Shown: positions 40,601-52,081 of the stretch, piece after piece
Numbering within the stretch: position 1 is the stretch's first letter
How the letters are laid out: each line of letters begins with the position of its first letter
Assembly: GCA_028534125.1 (NCBI GenBank)
Contig: CM052816.1
Span: 72,852,001 to 72,916,000, forward strand
Length of the DNA: 64,000 bases
Direction of reading: 5' to 3'
Origin: Lama glama
Taxonomy: Eukaryota
Notes under the pieces: generated by a model
Database searches by the model: none
What the model was told of the DNA's origin: nothing
The model's input: only the letters and a program-made list of their open reading frames with translations
Program-made: the position numbers and the translations under genes

Positions 40601-43600
40601 TGTTTGATTAACTTTTTAAGAGTTGAGTGCTGGTAGGTTTAAAATCAGAAGGAAAGATTTGGAGTGGTCTGGTAGATTTTGAAAGATGGATAGAAACAGG
40701 AAAACTGTGGTCTTACTTTTCTTAGCTTTGATATTTTTATGTGATTTTTGTTCCAATCACATAACAGATCACCTTTTATCTTCTGGATATCATGCGGGCT
40801 AACACAGAGCTAGTAGTGATTGTTTCTTATCTATCTAATAGATAGTCTGAAAATCACTGAGATGGGCCATAAAGTACTTTAACTTGCCAATGACAAGAAA
40901 TTTATATATATACATAATAGAGTTCAGTTTATAAACAGTATTGTGTAAAAGTGATTGTATACAGATATTAGCCAGTAGAAGGAGTCACAATGAAATTTAA
41001 AGACTCCTCAGATATCCTAAGGAAGGGGAAGGGGTGAGAATTTAAGGAGTGAAAAATATAAACCTTAATGGAAACCTCTACATATCCAACAGGATGAAAC
41101 AATCGTGTCATAAACGTGTTTATAATCAGTAGGAACCAGATAAAAGATAAGAGCGATGCAACATCTAGTGAATAGGACCAACACTCCTCAAGGAGATCTG
41201 GCTCTTTGGGATGCTATGTTCAAATGTGAGCACCCTGTTTTATGAAGGATGTTTCCAATCTGGTGTAAGTCACTCTGCTTCTCATTAATTGATTGACTCA
41301 TTCATTCCTTATTTCATGAACCAAGTGACAATGTGTGACATAGTACCTTTCTATGGTAAGGACTAGACATCGCAAATGTGACTGTTGAACTTTTCATGAA
41401 ATACCTTATAGTTTAGTGTAGAGAAATAGCATATAAACAAATAAGTTCAATAATGTGCTGTAGGGGCTAAGATGCAAGATGATCAGAGTGGAGGCACAAA
41501 GATGAATTCTACCTGGAGTAATTGAGAAAAAATGTCCATCGGTGTGAAGCCTTGTACGTGAGACAAGTCTAAAGTATTGGGATGATTAGTTCATAAACAA
41601 GTTGTTTATGAGAGGGTAGGGGGGTGAGAGATGATAGTTATATTTCACAAATTTGGAGAGTTACTTGATACGTGAAGTATTACTTTTTCTTTGGTTCTAG
41701 CAAGTCGAGCCAAAAATCAAAGGAAGAAAATACAGAGAGAAGAGAAGGAACATAAAGAAAAAAGGAAAGGAACTCATGTTGTAACAGTGCCCATACTGTA
41801 TGAGGCTTACACCAGGCACGTTAGAGGCACTGTATTAGTTAAACCTTGTAACAGTTTTGCCAATGTGTAACTTGTCTGAGGCGTTGCTACCAGAGTCAGT
41901 ACTCACAGCCCCAGGTGATCCTGATCCTGTGTTTTAAGAGAAATAAATTGACCAGACATATGGCGAGAGCTAAGATTTGTTTGACAATGCAATATCGTTA
42001 AATGACTAAATAATCATAAATAATAGCATAAACAGCAATAGAGGACACCAGTAATTGTGCAAGTATGAGTGCATCCCCAGAAATTGAAATAATCAATTAT
42101 ATCTTTAGAAAAAAGCAAAATTGGGCAATTCTGTTTATTAGAGTATTTATCATGATATAAAATCTATATATAATAGGCTATAATATAGTATCTGTACTTG
42201 AAAATATGTTGTATCTAATCTCTTTTTCAGAAAGTTATATAAAATGTGAAAGTTTTCAAAATACATCAAATGCTACAAAATTTACATCTATTTTGTTTTA
42301 TCCTACTCTGTTTCTTTAGATCCTTATTCAAATCCATTTGACACTTCTACCAGCCACATTTGGTATGCAAACTGATTTAAGCCGGATTTTACCATATCGT
42401 ATGCCACAGAGGTGACATTTTACTAGTTCACTAGTACAAATATGGAAACATTACAAATAAAAACAGAAAACGAAAAAGTGATATTTCCTCTTGCACATTA
42501 TTATGAGACATTGGATTAGAAACCTAAGTAGTTTCTAGGAAATTAGTATTTCGATGCACAACAGAGGATTACTTTTATTTCATGATTATCGGATACAAAA
42601 GAAGATAGCTTTTGCTTAGATTACTATGAGCTGCTGAATACAAATTTTCCCATAAATTCTAGAAACCCAGGTTACCTATGTTCATTACCTTACAAATTTC
42701 TGCCATATTTTCATGATTAACTCTGTGTTACCGCAATGTCAAAATCTGTTTTAGAGGTCAGAGAAATATTTCTGAATTGCAAAATTCTTGAGGCCATTTG
42801 CCTTGCCTTATAAAACAACCATTTATATAGGTGGCAGTGATGTCAGGTGGGCTGAAATGTTCAGTCAGGTTAGCTAATGTCAGCAAGAATAGCATTGGGT
42901 GGTTGAAATAGCTTATCCCCTAAAGACTATCAAAAGCGTATACATACACAGTGTGGGAGGCCACATTTAATCTCCCGGGACACACTTCTTACACTGTTGA
43001 AATTGGAAGTAGAGATTTCTAATATTCCTGTGATGGGATTTATTACTCTCAGTTTTCCTCTTGAGTAAGTGAAATAACTTACCCAGGAAAGAAAATAACT
43101 TATCTTGTAAAGAAAAACAGGAGAATCGTGCAGAATTAAAATTAGTATGCCAAGTTCCCATTACTTGTGCACTTAATTATAGTCTAGAAATTTACTTCCA
43201 GAAGAAGGGATGTATTTCCAAATAAACTTCCACTAAGATTTTTAAAGCAGCAATTGCACCACTAGGAAATTCCTAGTTGAGTTCTCAGAGAGTAAACAGA
43301 CAAGAAAAAAATAAAAAAGCAGAAAGACTGAAACAACCAACAGGGTCTAGAAAACATGCCAAAAGACTGCTTTAAAAAGGTTCCATCTGTAAGCTACGCT
43401 CAGCTGGTTCTTTGGGAGTTCAATTTTACTTCATTTTATATTTTATTCTCCTTGTGAAGTCAATCTGAGCACCCAAAAGCAAATTAATTTTTAACCTGTG
43501 AGTAAGGACATACCTACTTTGAAGAAAACATAACCAAATCCTCTGTATACTTTCTTCATTATATACATTGCGCAAAAACCTCGAAGATACACCGCGTTGC

Positions 43601-44021
43601 TTAGGAAAAATACATAAAGCATTTGGCAAGTTCTGTTACAAAGGGACGATGCCCAGCAGGGGAACCAAGACATCTGTGTCATCTGAAACTGAAGGCTAGA
43701 AGTTACTGTCAACCTTGAGTTTGTCCGCTATCACTGTACTCATAAGCATTTGAAAACAATTTTCTCTGGGCTCAGGACTCAAGGTAGCAGGCACTCCGAG
43801 GGATAAAATAATGTTACTGCGTGGCTGTTGTCTTTAAAATGTCTTAAACTCGCTAGGGAGATTAGATCAATGTTTAGGAAATAATTAGAAAACACAGTAT
43901 AAGAAAATAAAAACAGTGATAAACTAGTATATACACAATTTCTAAGGAACCTAAGGGAGAGTATTAGATACAGATGTACAGATGACTAAATTGTTTTTTT
44001 TCCTCTCTGTCCTTTACCCAA

Positions 44022-44087
44022 ACACACATACACACACATACACATACACATACACATATACATACACATACGCACGCACACACACAG
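44022..44087. repeat. Imperfect (CA/TA)n microsatellite
   Basis: Directly visible. Confidence 0.95.
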
Positions 44088-46207
44088 AGTAAATACACAA
44101 AAACTCAGTCCGTAACACCTAACACAGGACTCCCTTCACTCAATACATGAATCCCCAAAATAACTTAATATCAAGAGAAAATTAATTTTGAGAGAAACAT
44201 CTGCTCCATTCATATTGAATCTAGGAAATTTGGTTCGTGAAATCTAAGACTCTTTTATGATCAAGCTTACTTTTTCTCATTGCTAAGTGTGTGGTATTGT
44301 TTATTTCCGTTCATGGTGGAAATAAAGAACATGGAGGCATTAAAAGAAGGGACTAATTAAATTGTTTTTCACACTGACTAGTGACTATTTCTGTTCTTAT
44401 GAATATGCCCTCATTTGTTCTGTTCCTTACTAAGAAATTGCTGAGGGGATGCTGAGAGATAATGGCTGAAGAGCTTTGTGTGGGGAGTGAACACAGCTCA
44501 TTCGATAACTTCTAAAACAACTTTGCTAGTGTAAATCTATATTTAGCTCTTAGTTTTTCCATGGGTGACTGAAACTCATCTTGTAGAACATGTTGCTTTT
44601 TTGTTCACTGATTCAATTCAGCAAACATTAAGTGCCTACTGGATGCCACAGAAGCACTATAGATATAAAAATCAATGGAAGTTTAGATATAAACTAAGAC
44701 CGATGTCTGAAGTATTGTGCATTAAATGTTAACTTATTGTTTATCTCCTTTCCCACCCACTGCTCCAAGCAACCACTAACCTGTTACCTGTTACTAGAGA
44801 TTTGCGTTTTCTAGAGTATCTGTACAGTGGAATCATGTACTATGTGGACTCTAATGTCTTGCTTCTTCTACTATGTTTGTGAAACATACTGAGGTTTTTC
44901 CGTGTTGTAGTATACACTCATCGTTCAAAACCAGAACTCTTAACAACTATCAGAAGATAGAGAATATTACATCCAGAACAGAAGAGGAGGATATAACGAG
45001 AAAGCAACAAACATAGGGAAATGGAAAGCATTTGTACATTAAATAAGTGCCAAAATAGAAATACATTGAAAACAATGAAAACTAAAGTTGAGGAAATTTC
45101 CAACACTAGTAATCACTATTAATAGCTTTGTTTATATTCCTTCAGATCTTGTTTTTTTTTTCTATTCTGTGCACTTAGATATTAGTTTTTAAATAACATG
45201 TAAAAAATGAAAGTTATATACAGCCACAAATAAAATTAATTTATATAAAAGAAAGTTGAACAAAGAAAAAATGTACACAGTATATCTTCATAAAGGAACA
45301 TTTTCCAACCAGAGCAGTGCATATTGGTAGATTTTATTGTCATCTTACTCACCTATATGTGGTCTTTTTTATCATGCTATAGTTATAATCTTGTATCCAG
45401 CTTTTCTCACTGAAGCTTTCATGACCATTCTCCTGTTAACACATAGACTTTCAAAGCTTTACTTTTAATAACCGCCGCATAATTGATCATGAATCTTAAC
45501 CTGTTATTTAAGGCATTCTCATATTTTCAGATGTATAAATGAATGCATAATGTATATCACCATGTAAACAACATTGTTCTGATCACAAACTGTTTCCTTA
45601 GGCTGGATTGTCATGTGAAATTCCTGAGTTAAAGAGTATGGATACTTCTTCAGATCTTTGTTACATATTATTGGGGTTTTTCTGTCAGAATTATAACCTT
45701 TCTATATGACAGTCTGTACAGATTTGAAAGCAGCACTTAGCAATAATACATTTCTCATCTTTTTTTGTCATAATATTGTAATTCTAAGTTATATAATATG
45801 GCATTAGTACTTTAGCAACACAGGAATTTAATTTTGGGATAGTGTGGAAAATACTTTATTACATTTTTATTTTATATTATTATTTTATTACATTTTTTAG
45901 ATTACAGTAGCTGAAAAATGCCATGGTACGATAATATACTTTATCCTCCAACATTGACCAGTAGAGATTCACCTTCCTACCAGTGTGCGTGCACACACAC
46001 ACATAAACAAGCAAATATGAACAGTGTGCAATATTTTTTCATTTTTAATGGCATTTACTGTTTTCTTTCTAATTTTATAAGCAATGTTTGTTCATTGCAG
46101 ACAACTAGATATTCATAAAAACATAAAGTGAAAAATGACAATCATCCATAATCCTCATCACCCAGAAATAGCCTTCATTAGCATTTTGATGCATCTGCTC
46201 GTAACGT

Positions 46208-46445
46208 GATCCTCCTCCTGTTTAGGGTTGCCTCCCAGGGCTGTGGGTCCTGACTGTATCGCATGTGTGCCCCTCCTACCTGACTCACTGTGCTTCCTTC
46301 TTTGTATCTTTAGTTGTAGCAGATCTTTTCTACTACTCTTCAGGTTGTTTTCATCAACAGTTGCTCTGTAAATAGTTGTAATTTTGGTGTGCCTGAGGGA
46401 AGAGGGGAGCTCAGTGCATCCTACTCTGCCATCTTGGCCCCGCCA
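46208..46445 (-). mobile_element. Isolated L1 5'-end (5'UTR) fragment
   Basis: The reverse complement reads ggcggggccAAGATGGCagagtaggatgcactgagctcccctcttcc...caccaaaattacaactatttacagagcaac...aaaagatctgctacaactaaagata. This resembles a laurasiatherian L1 5' terminus with its YY1 motif. Confidence 0.75.
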
Positions 46446-47659
46446 CAATATTATTTATTAAATTTGAAATATGTTTACCAGCATGAACAATAACATAATT
46501 GGTGGCTTAGGTGGCAGTTCCTAAAATCCTCTTAATCGCCAGATTGGTTCAGATGCGCTTCTTTGGTACTCCCAGAGTGCCTGCATTCTCTTTGTCTCAC
46601 CAGATTGCATTTAAATGAAAACTAAAAGGAACCAATTTTTCTTTTTACCACCAGCAGGTAGGTCATACAAAAGTAGATAGTATGTTTGATTTGTGTTTCC
46701 AGCTCTAACATCAAGTACCTAGTGCCTCCCACATAATTTACCCATAAAGTTTATCAACATGGATGGAATTTCTTTAAATAAGTTCATTGGAGTGTGAATT
46801 TGGGTTGCTTTCAATAATTATTTTGCTGTATTTCCTTTTGCTAGGAGACTGTGCATTTCGGAAACACTTCTGCCATTCCTTTTTTCAAATACGTTATCTT
46901 GAAGCAAAATTTTTCAATTCTGAATTTTTTAAACAAGCAAAGTCTACAGGATTTTAATAAATTTTGGAAAATGAAATAGAAAATCATCACTTTTTTAATT
47001 TAGTGAGCTAATAAGAAAATCCAAATTTGCAACTGTCTGCTTACCTTTTAGTGGGAATCAAAATTTTAACAAAGGATTTTCCTTAGAATTTACTTACATA
47101 AAAAGCCACTCTGAGAATTAGGAAAATAATGTTTTATACTGATCTTATTGGAGTATATGAACCACCTAACACATGTCTATAATGCATACATCTGAACCTG
47201 TGATCTAGTTTTGTTTGATCATAGGACTTTCTAAGCCAGTGATTTTGAACTCACTTTGGTTTCTGTCTTCCAGAATTCATAAACTTCTGTCTGACCATAG
47301 TCTCCTCTTGTTTTCAGCTCCATTTTGGATTTATTATTATTTTTTCTGCATTTTTTTTTTGGCTGTTATTTCAGAGGGATTGGAATGGGAGCTGAAAGAA
47401 AATAAGGTTCTTTCAGCCTTCCCTTTGTACCAAAAGCCTCAATTATTTAATTTTTTTTCAGATTAACTGTTAGCAATTGGGTACTTTTAATTATCAGAAA
47501 GGATTTCCTGATAAAGTAGAAAATGTTGCTAATCATTGATTTCTCACATCATGAAACTCTTATTCTTTTTTTTCTTTTTTCTTTTTTTTTAGTTCTGGGA
47601 GGCTTTAACGGCCTTTTGCAGAAAATTACCAAACAAATCTTTCTTTCTCGTCTTTTTAG

Positions 47660-47824
47660 AGATTTGCCTGCTGACCAAGGGACGCCGCACTGCCAGTGTC
47701 CGAGCCGACACATATTGTCGTCTGTATTCGCTTTCTGTGGACAATTTCAATGAGGTCCTGGAGGAATATCCAATGATGAGAAGAGCCTTTGAGACGGTTG
47801 CCATTGACCGACTAGATCGGATAG
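47660..47824 (+). CDS. HCN1: HCN1 penultimate coding exon (human exon 7 equivalent): phosphate-binding cassette and B/C helices of the CNBD
   Basis: Acceptor ctttctcgtctttttag|AG and donor ATAG|gtact. Joined to the upstream G it reads [55 protein letters not shown]+G. 165 nt, phase 1 to 1. Missing from the ORF track in this frame; translated by hand. Confidence 0.98.
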
Positions 47825-48589
47825 GTACTCTGCTTAGTTTTCTTCTCTGTGCACAATTTAGTTTTAATCAAGTGGACTGACATATATATATATATACATA
47901 GTTTCAATTATAAGTCCCAAATGCTAGTTTATAGATTGCTTCTTAATTCGCATAGAAATAGCAATTAGCTCTAGCCATATTTCTAGAAAGATCTGAGGCT
48001 CTATCTAACTTTCTCTTCTAACTATTCTAGGTTTGTTTATTCATTTCTGTTTTTACTAGCTACACAGTCTGATTTCCTCAGTGATACCAAAACAATTTGA
48101 ATCTTAAGGTAAAAAGCAATGAAAAAAATTCTAGATTGCATTAAAATAGAACTAAAAATACAATAGTATGAGTCTACATTACAAACCCAATTTTATAACA
48201 AGATTTTTAAGGATCAACTTTATATTTTATTCTTGTATTAAGAATTGAAAACTTGTGCATTTTAATTGTCTCAGGAGAAACTTCTTGAAATGTTTGTAAT
48301 ACAGACTCAAGCAGAAAAAGCCTTAATAGAAGAACCCACATAGATGCTTTACTTTGCACGGATCAACTTATTTTAAAGTCTTCTCTGCTCTCAGATAAAA
48401 ATATGTAAGTTAGACCTTATTAGTTACACTAGTTTAAAGATTTGGATAATTGCCATAGTAAAGTTAGATCAGATGGGCTTGCTGTTAACTTCCCAAGATA
48501 TGCTGGAACATTCTGATGTCAGAAGGTGGTATGCATTCATTTTCCACACCCAGATCCTCCTGCCTCACCCTACCCTCCTGTGCTCCCTT

Positions 48590-48860
48590 TCCCTGCTTAA
48601 CTCTACCCACCTTCCTATCTCAAGTTAGACATCACTTCCCTGTAGAAACCTCCATGACCTCCCACTCCCGTACTAGGCTGAGTACCCTGGATATGTTCTC
48701 CCTTATCGCTGGGAAATTTCTCCATCACAGCACTGCTTTTATTCTTTAAGCTGCTCTAGCGATGCTAAGCTTTGTGAATGTAGAGATCATGTCTAATTCA
48801 CTGTTAATTCACAGTACCTAGTACACAATGAATATTGGTGAAGAGAGTTAGGGAGGGATG
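48590..48860 (+). mobile_element. L2 3' fragment
   Basis: agacatcacttccctgtagaaacctccatgacc...taagctttgtgaatgtagagatcatgtc...cacagtacctagtaca. Confidence 0.65.
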
Positions 48861-50334
48861 AAGGAATCAATGAACTCAAAGGAGATGGGGTTGGGAATCA
48901 CTGGAAAGTAAACAAAGAGGTACTTCAACTGCTTCGTTCTTATAAAAGGTAAGGACTTTTGATTGATGTATTGTCGTGCCAGCTTTTCTTCTGCACTTTA
49001 CATCTTTCTTTTCCCCTATATTGGTAGGACAACGGACTGCAAAAGGATCTGAAAGTAGATTAGGAGAAGTAAAGGTAGTATTTGGACATTACCATTAGAC
49101 ATCACACACATATTAGAAAGTATACTGATAGTTTAGAGATGTAACAGGATGGTGTGTCCAGGAGACAGTGCCCAAAAAAGAAGTGAGTACATCTGAGAGC
49201 ATCATTACTTAATTTGAAAATAATTTCCTTCTTTGTGGTATGTTGAGTATTTATGGTAGAGCGAGAGACTAATTTCTGAGTATATGAGTTTTTTTTCTAA
49301 GCCAGCTAGACATATTTAGCAAAAGCACCAAAATCAGGTTATTTCAATAGAAAATTTCTGTTAATCTGATAGAGCAGCACACTCATCTAACTTATTGCAA
49401 TTGATTTTTCGTTAGAAAGTTTGCGTGAAATGGTTTGCAATCAATAATACAGGCAATAAAATTGCTGGTGAGCACCAAGCATTTGCATTCTTAATTCTTA
49501 CAGGATTCTAACAGTGCTTTAAAAGTTATAGTATTTTTACACAAGGGCCCAGATACTTGAATGATGAAATGTTGACTATTCACATGATCACAAATATTAT
49601 CCTTCTCAGTTTTGTGGCCATTGCTTATAAATGTATACACTATAGTTAAAGGAATATGCTAAGTAAGCATTTATATTTTCTACTAATGTAGAAGTCTTTG
49701 TTCTTTGGGAAATTAAGACAATTCTGTAAAGAGAGGCAGGTAACTATTCATTTCGGTAGCCATTTAAAATGATTGCCTTTCCCAGCATCCAAGTAAATTA
49801 TAACACATACTGCCATTCAAAAATATACCTTGTTACTTTAGACGTGATACTTTATTTAGTGATGATGGCAAATTAATTTACTTTTCAGTCACTATATTTA
49901 CCTGGGTATGACTTTATTCATGATGTCATTAAAAAGTCACCGATTTCCCTTTCATCAACCTGCAGTTGATTCTAATTGCCACTTTGCTAGAGAATGTCTT
50001 CTTACTGCAAACCACTCCACAGACAAGAGCGGGAAGGAGAGGCCCTGCTTCCTGAGGTCCTCGATGAGCGAGAGCTTGCCATACACGATGCCCCTTGGTC
50101 CTCACAGCAACTTTTCAGAAGAGGAAAGATTGTGAAACGCTTCTCAGTCTGGTTGCCCATGAGAACCCCCTGGGGAAATTTGCTTTTAAAGTACTGAAAA
50201 CTGGGCCCACGTCTGGTTAGGCCAATTTAATTGGCAGGGTGCAGTTGAAAATCAGTCCTTGGAAATCTCCAGAGATGAGAAGATGCAAGTAGAGTGGACA
50301 GTCATGGTGGGGGGCACTGGTCAGAAGCAAAGGC

Positions 50335-50480
50335 CTTTGCTTCTCAAACTTGCATGTGAGAATCACCTGGGGATCTATTAAAATACAGCATCTGCTCAGC
50401 AAGGGCGGGGGTGGGGGCGGGAGCCTTCATTTCCAGCAAACAGGCACGGGATACACATGTGGCTGGCTCACAGTCTGTAG
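50335..50480. mobile_element. MER5A-like DNA transposon
   Basis: gcttctcaaacttgcatgtgagaatcacctggggatctattaaaatacag is the start of MER5A. Confidence 0.7.
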
Positions 50481-51048
50481 TAAGTCTGCCATCAGAGTTA
50501 CTGGTTTCCTTTCCCAGCCCTGTCACTTGGTAACCATGTTTTCTTGGGCATTATTCTTAACTGCGCCCCAGTCTACTTTTGGGTGAAATAGGATTATGAG
50601 CTCACCTACCTCAAGAGTTGAAGATTAAATAAAATAAATCTACCTGATGTCTTGTGTAGAGCACCTGTCACAGAGCAAGTGTTCCATTGCCCTCTCTTGA
50701 AAAAGAAGCTTTAAACTGAAATCTTGATTTGAAATCTGATCCAAAGGCCCTTTTTCCCCTCCCAAGGTAGTCCTCAGGACACGTATCTCCATTTCTTCTG
50801 TAAGGTGGCTTTTGCCATGTTACACACTTTTCAACCTGACTTGTGTAGAAGGTAAGATTTCCCAGAAAGATACAGGAAGCGTGAAAGGGAGAAGCCACGT
50901 TTCTGTTTGGTTTCCGAAGGTGAGTACGTGGCGTTTAAGCCCCTCCCATGAGACACTGCCACCCTTCTGTCTGCAAGGCCACTCTCACTTGGAGTTGCCA
51001 TCAGTCTTTTGTAGGCTTTCTAAGGGCCTATCTTTCTTTCGCTGACAG

Positions 51049-51908
51049 GAAAGAAAAATTCAATTCTTCTGCAAAAGTTCCAGAAGGATCTGAACACTGG
51101 TGTTTTCAACAACCAGGAGAACGAGATCCTGAAGCAGATTGTGAAACACGACCGGGAGATGGTGCAGGCGATCGCTCCCCTCAGTTATCCCCAGATGACG
51201 GCCCTGAACTCCACATCTTCGACGGCCACTCCGACGTCCCGCGTGAGGACACAGTCTCCGCCGGTGTACACCGCCCCCAGCCTGTCGCACAGCAACCTGC
51301 ACTCCCCCAGCCCCAGCACGCAGACCCCGCAGCCGTCGGCCATCCTCTCGCCCTGCTCCTACACCACTGCGGTCTGCAGCCCGCCCGTCCAGAGCCCGCT
51401 GGCCTCTCGAACTTTCCACTACGCCTCCCCCACGGCTTCCCAGCTGTCACTCATTCAGCAGCAGCCCGTCCAGCAGTCCCAGCCGCCGCCGCCCCAGCCG
51501 CCGCCCCACCAGCCGCAGACATCCGGCAGCTCGACGCCGAAAAACGAAGTGCACAAGAGCACGCAGGCGCTTCACAACCCCAGCCTGACCCGCGAAGTCC
51601 GGCCCCTCTCGGCCTCGCAGCCCTCGCTGCCCCATGAGCTTTCCACCATGATTTCCAGACCGCATCCCACTGTGGGCGAGTCCCTGGCCTCCATCCCTCA
51701 GCCCGTGACTGCGGTGCAGGCAGCCGGCCGGGGCACTGTCCCCCAGAGAGTCACCCTGTTCCGACAGATGTCGTCGGGAGCCATCCCCCCCAACCGAGGA
51801 GTCCCCCCGGCACCCCCTCCACCAGCAGCGGCTCATCAGAGAGAGTCATCGTCAGTCTTAAGTACAGACCCAGAGGCAGAAAAGCCACGATTTGCTTCAA
51901 ATTTATGA
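51049..51908 (+). CDS. HCN1: HCN1 last exon, coding part: distal C-terminus ending ...EKPRFASNL*
   Basis: Acceptor tctttctttcgctgacag|GA. Reads [32 protein letters not shown] and continues in frame with ORF 51141..51908. The terminal -SNL is the known binding motif for the TPR domain of TRIP8b/PEX5L. Confidence 0.98.
51120..51840. promoter_or_regulatory. CpG-island-like region coinciding with the last coding exon
   Basis: About 60 CpGs in ~720 bp by manual count and high GC, against a CpG-depleted AT-rich background. Confidence 0.75.
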
Positions 51909-52035
51909 TCCCTGCTGATTGTCAAAGCAGAAAGAAATACTCTAATAAACTGAGAATATGCTCAGACCTTATTTTATTCTATCTCCTGATAGATCCCTAT
52001 AGCCTACTATGAAGAGATATTTTAGACAGCTCTGG

Positions 52036-52081
52036 CCTACATGCAAAATGTAAAATATATATATATATATATATACATATA
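52036..52081. repeat. (TA)n tract in the 3'UTR
   Basis: atatatatatatatatatatacatata, with the core at ~52055-52081. Confidence 0.85.

Noticed and set aside
50948..51637. 229-aa alternative-frame ORF overlapping the last exon
   Set aside because: It starts in the intron and has Ala/Pro low-complexity composition. It is the expected stop-poor shadow of a GC-rich exon, and upstream frameshifts would already terminate within the 165-nt exon.
51060..51836. Antisense ORFs (119, 89 and 129 aa) over the last exon
   Set aside because: Gly/Arg-rich mirrors of the Pro/Ser codons with no recognisable domain.
51903..51915. Stop-codon readthrough past -SNL
   Set aside because: The context is TGA-TCC, not the TGA-CTAG readthrough motif.
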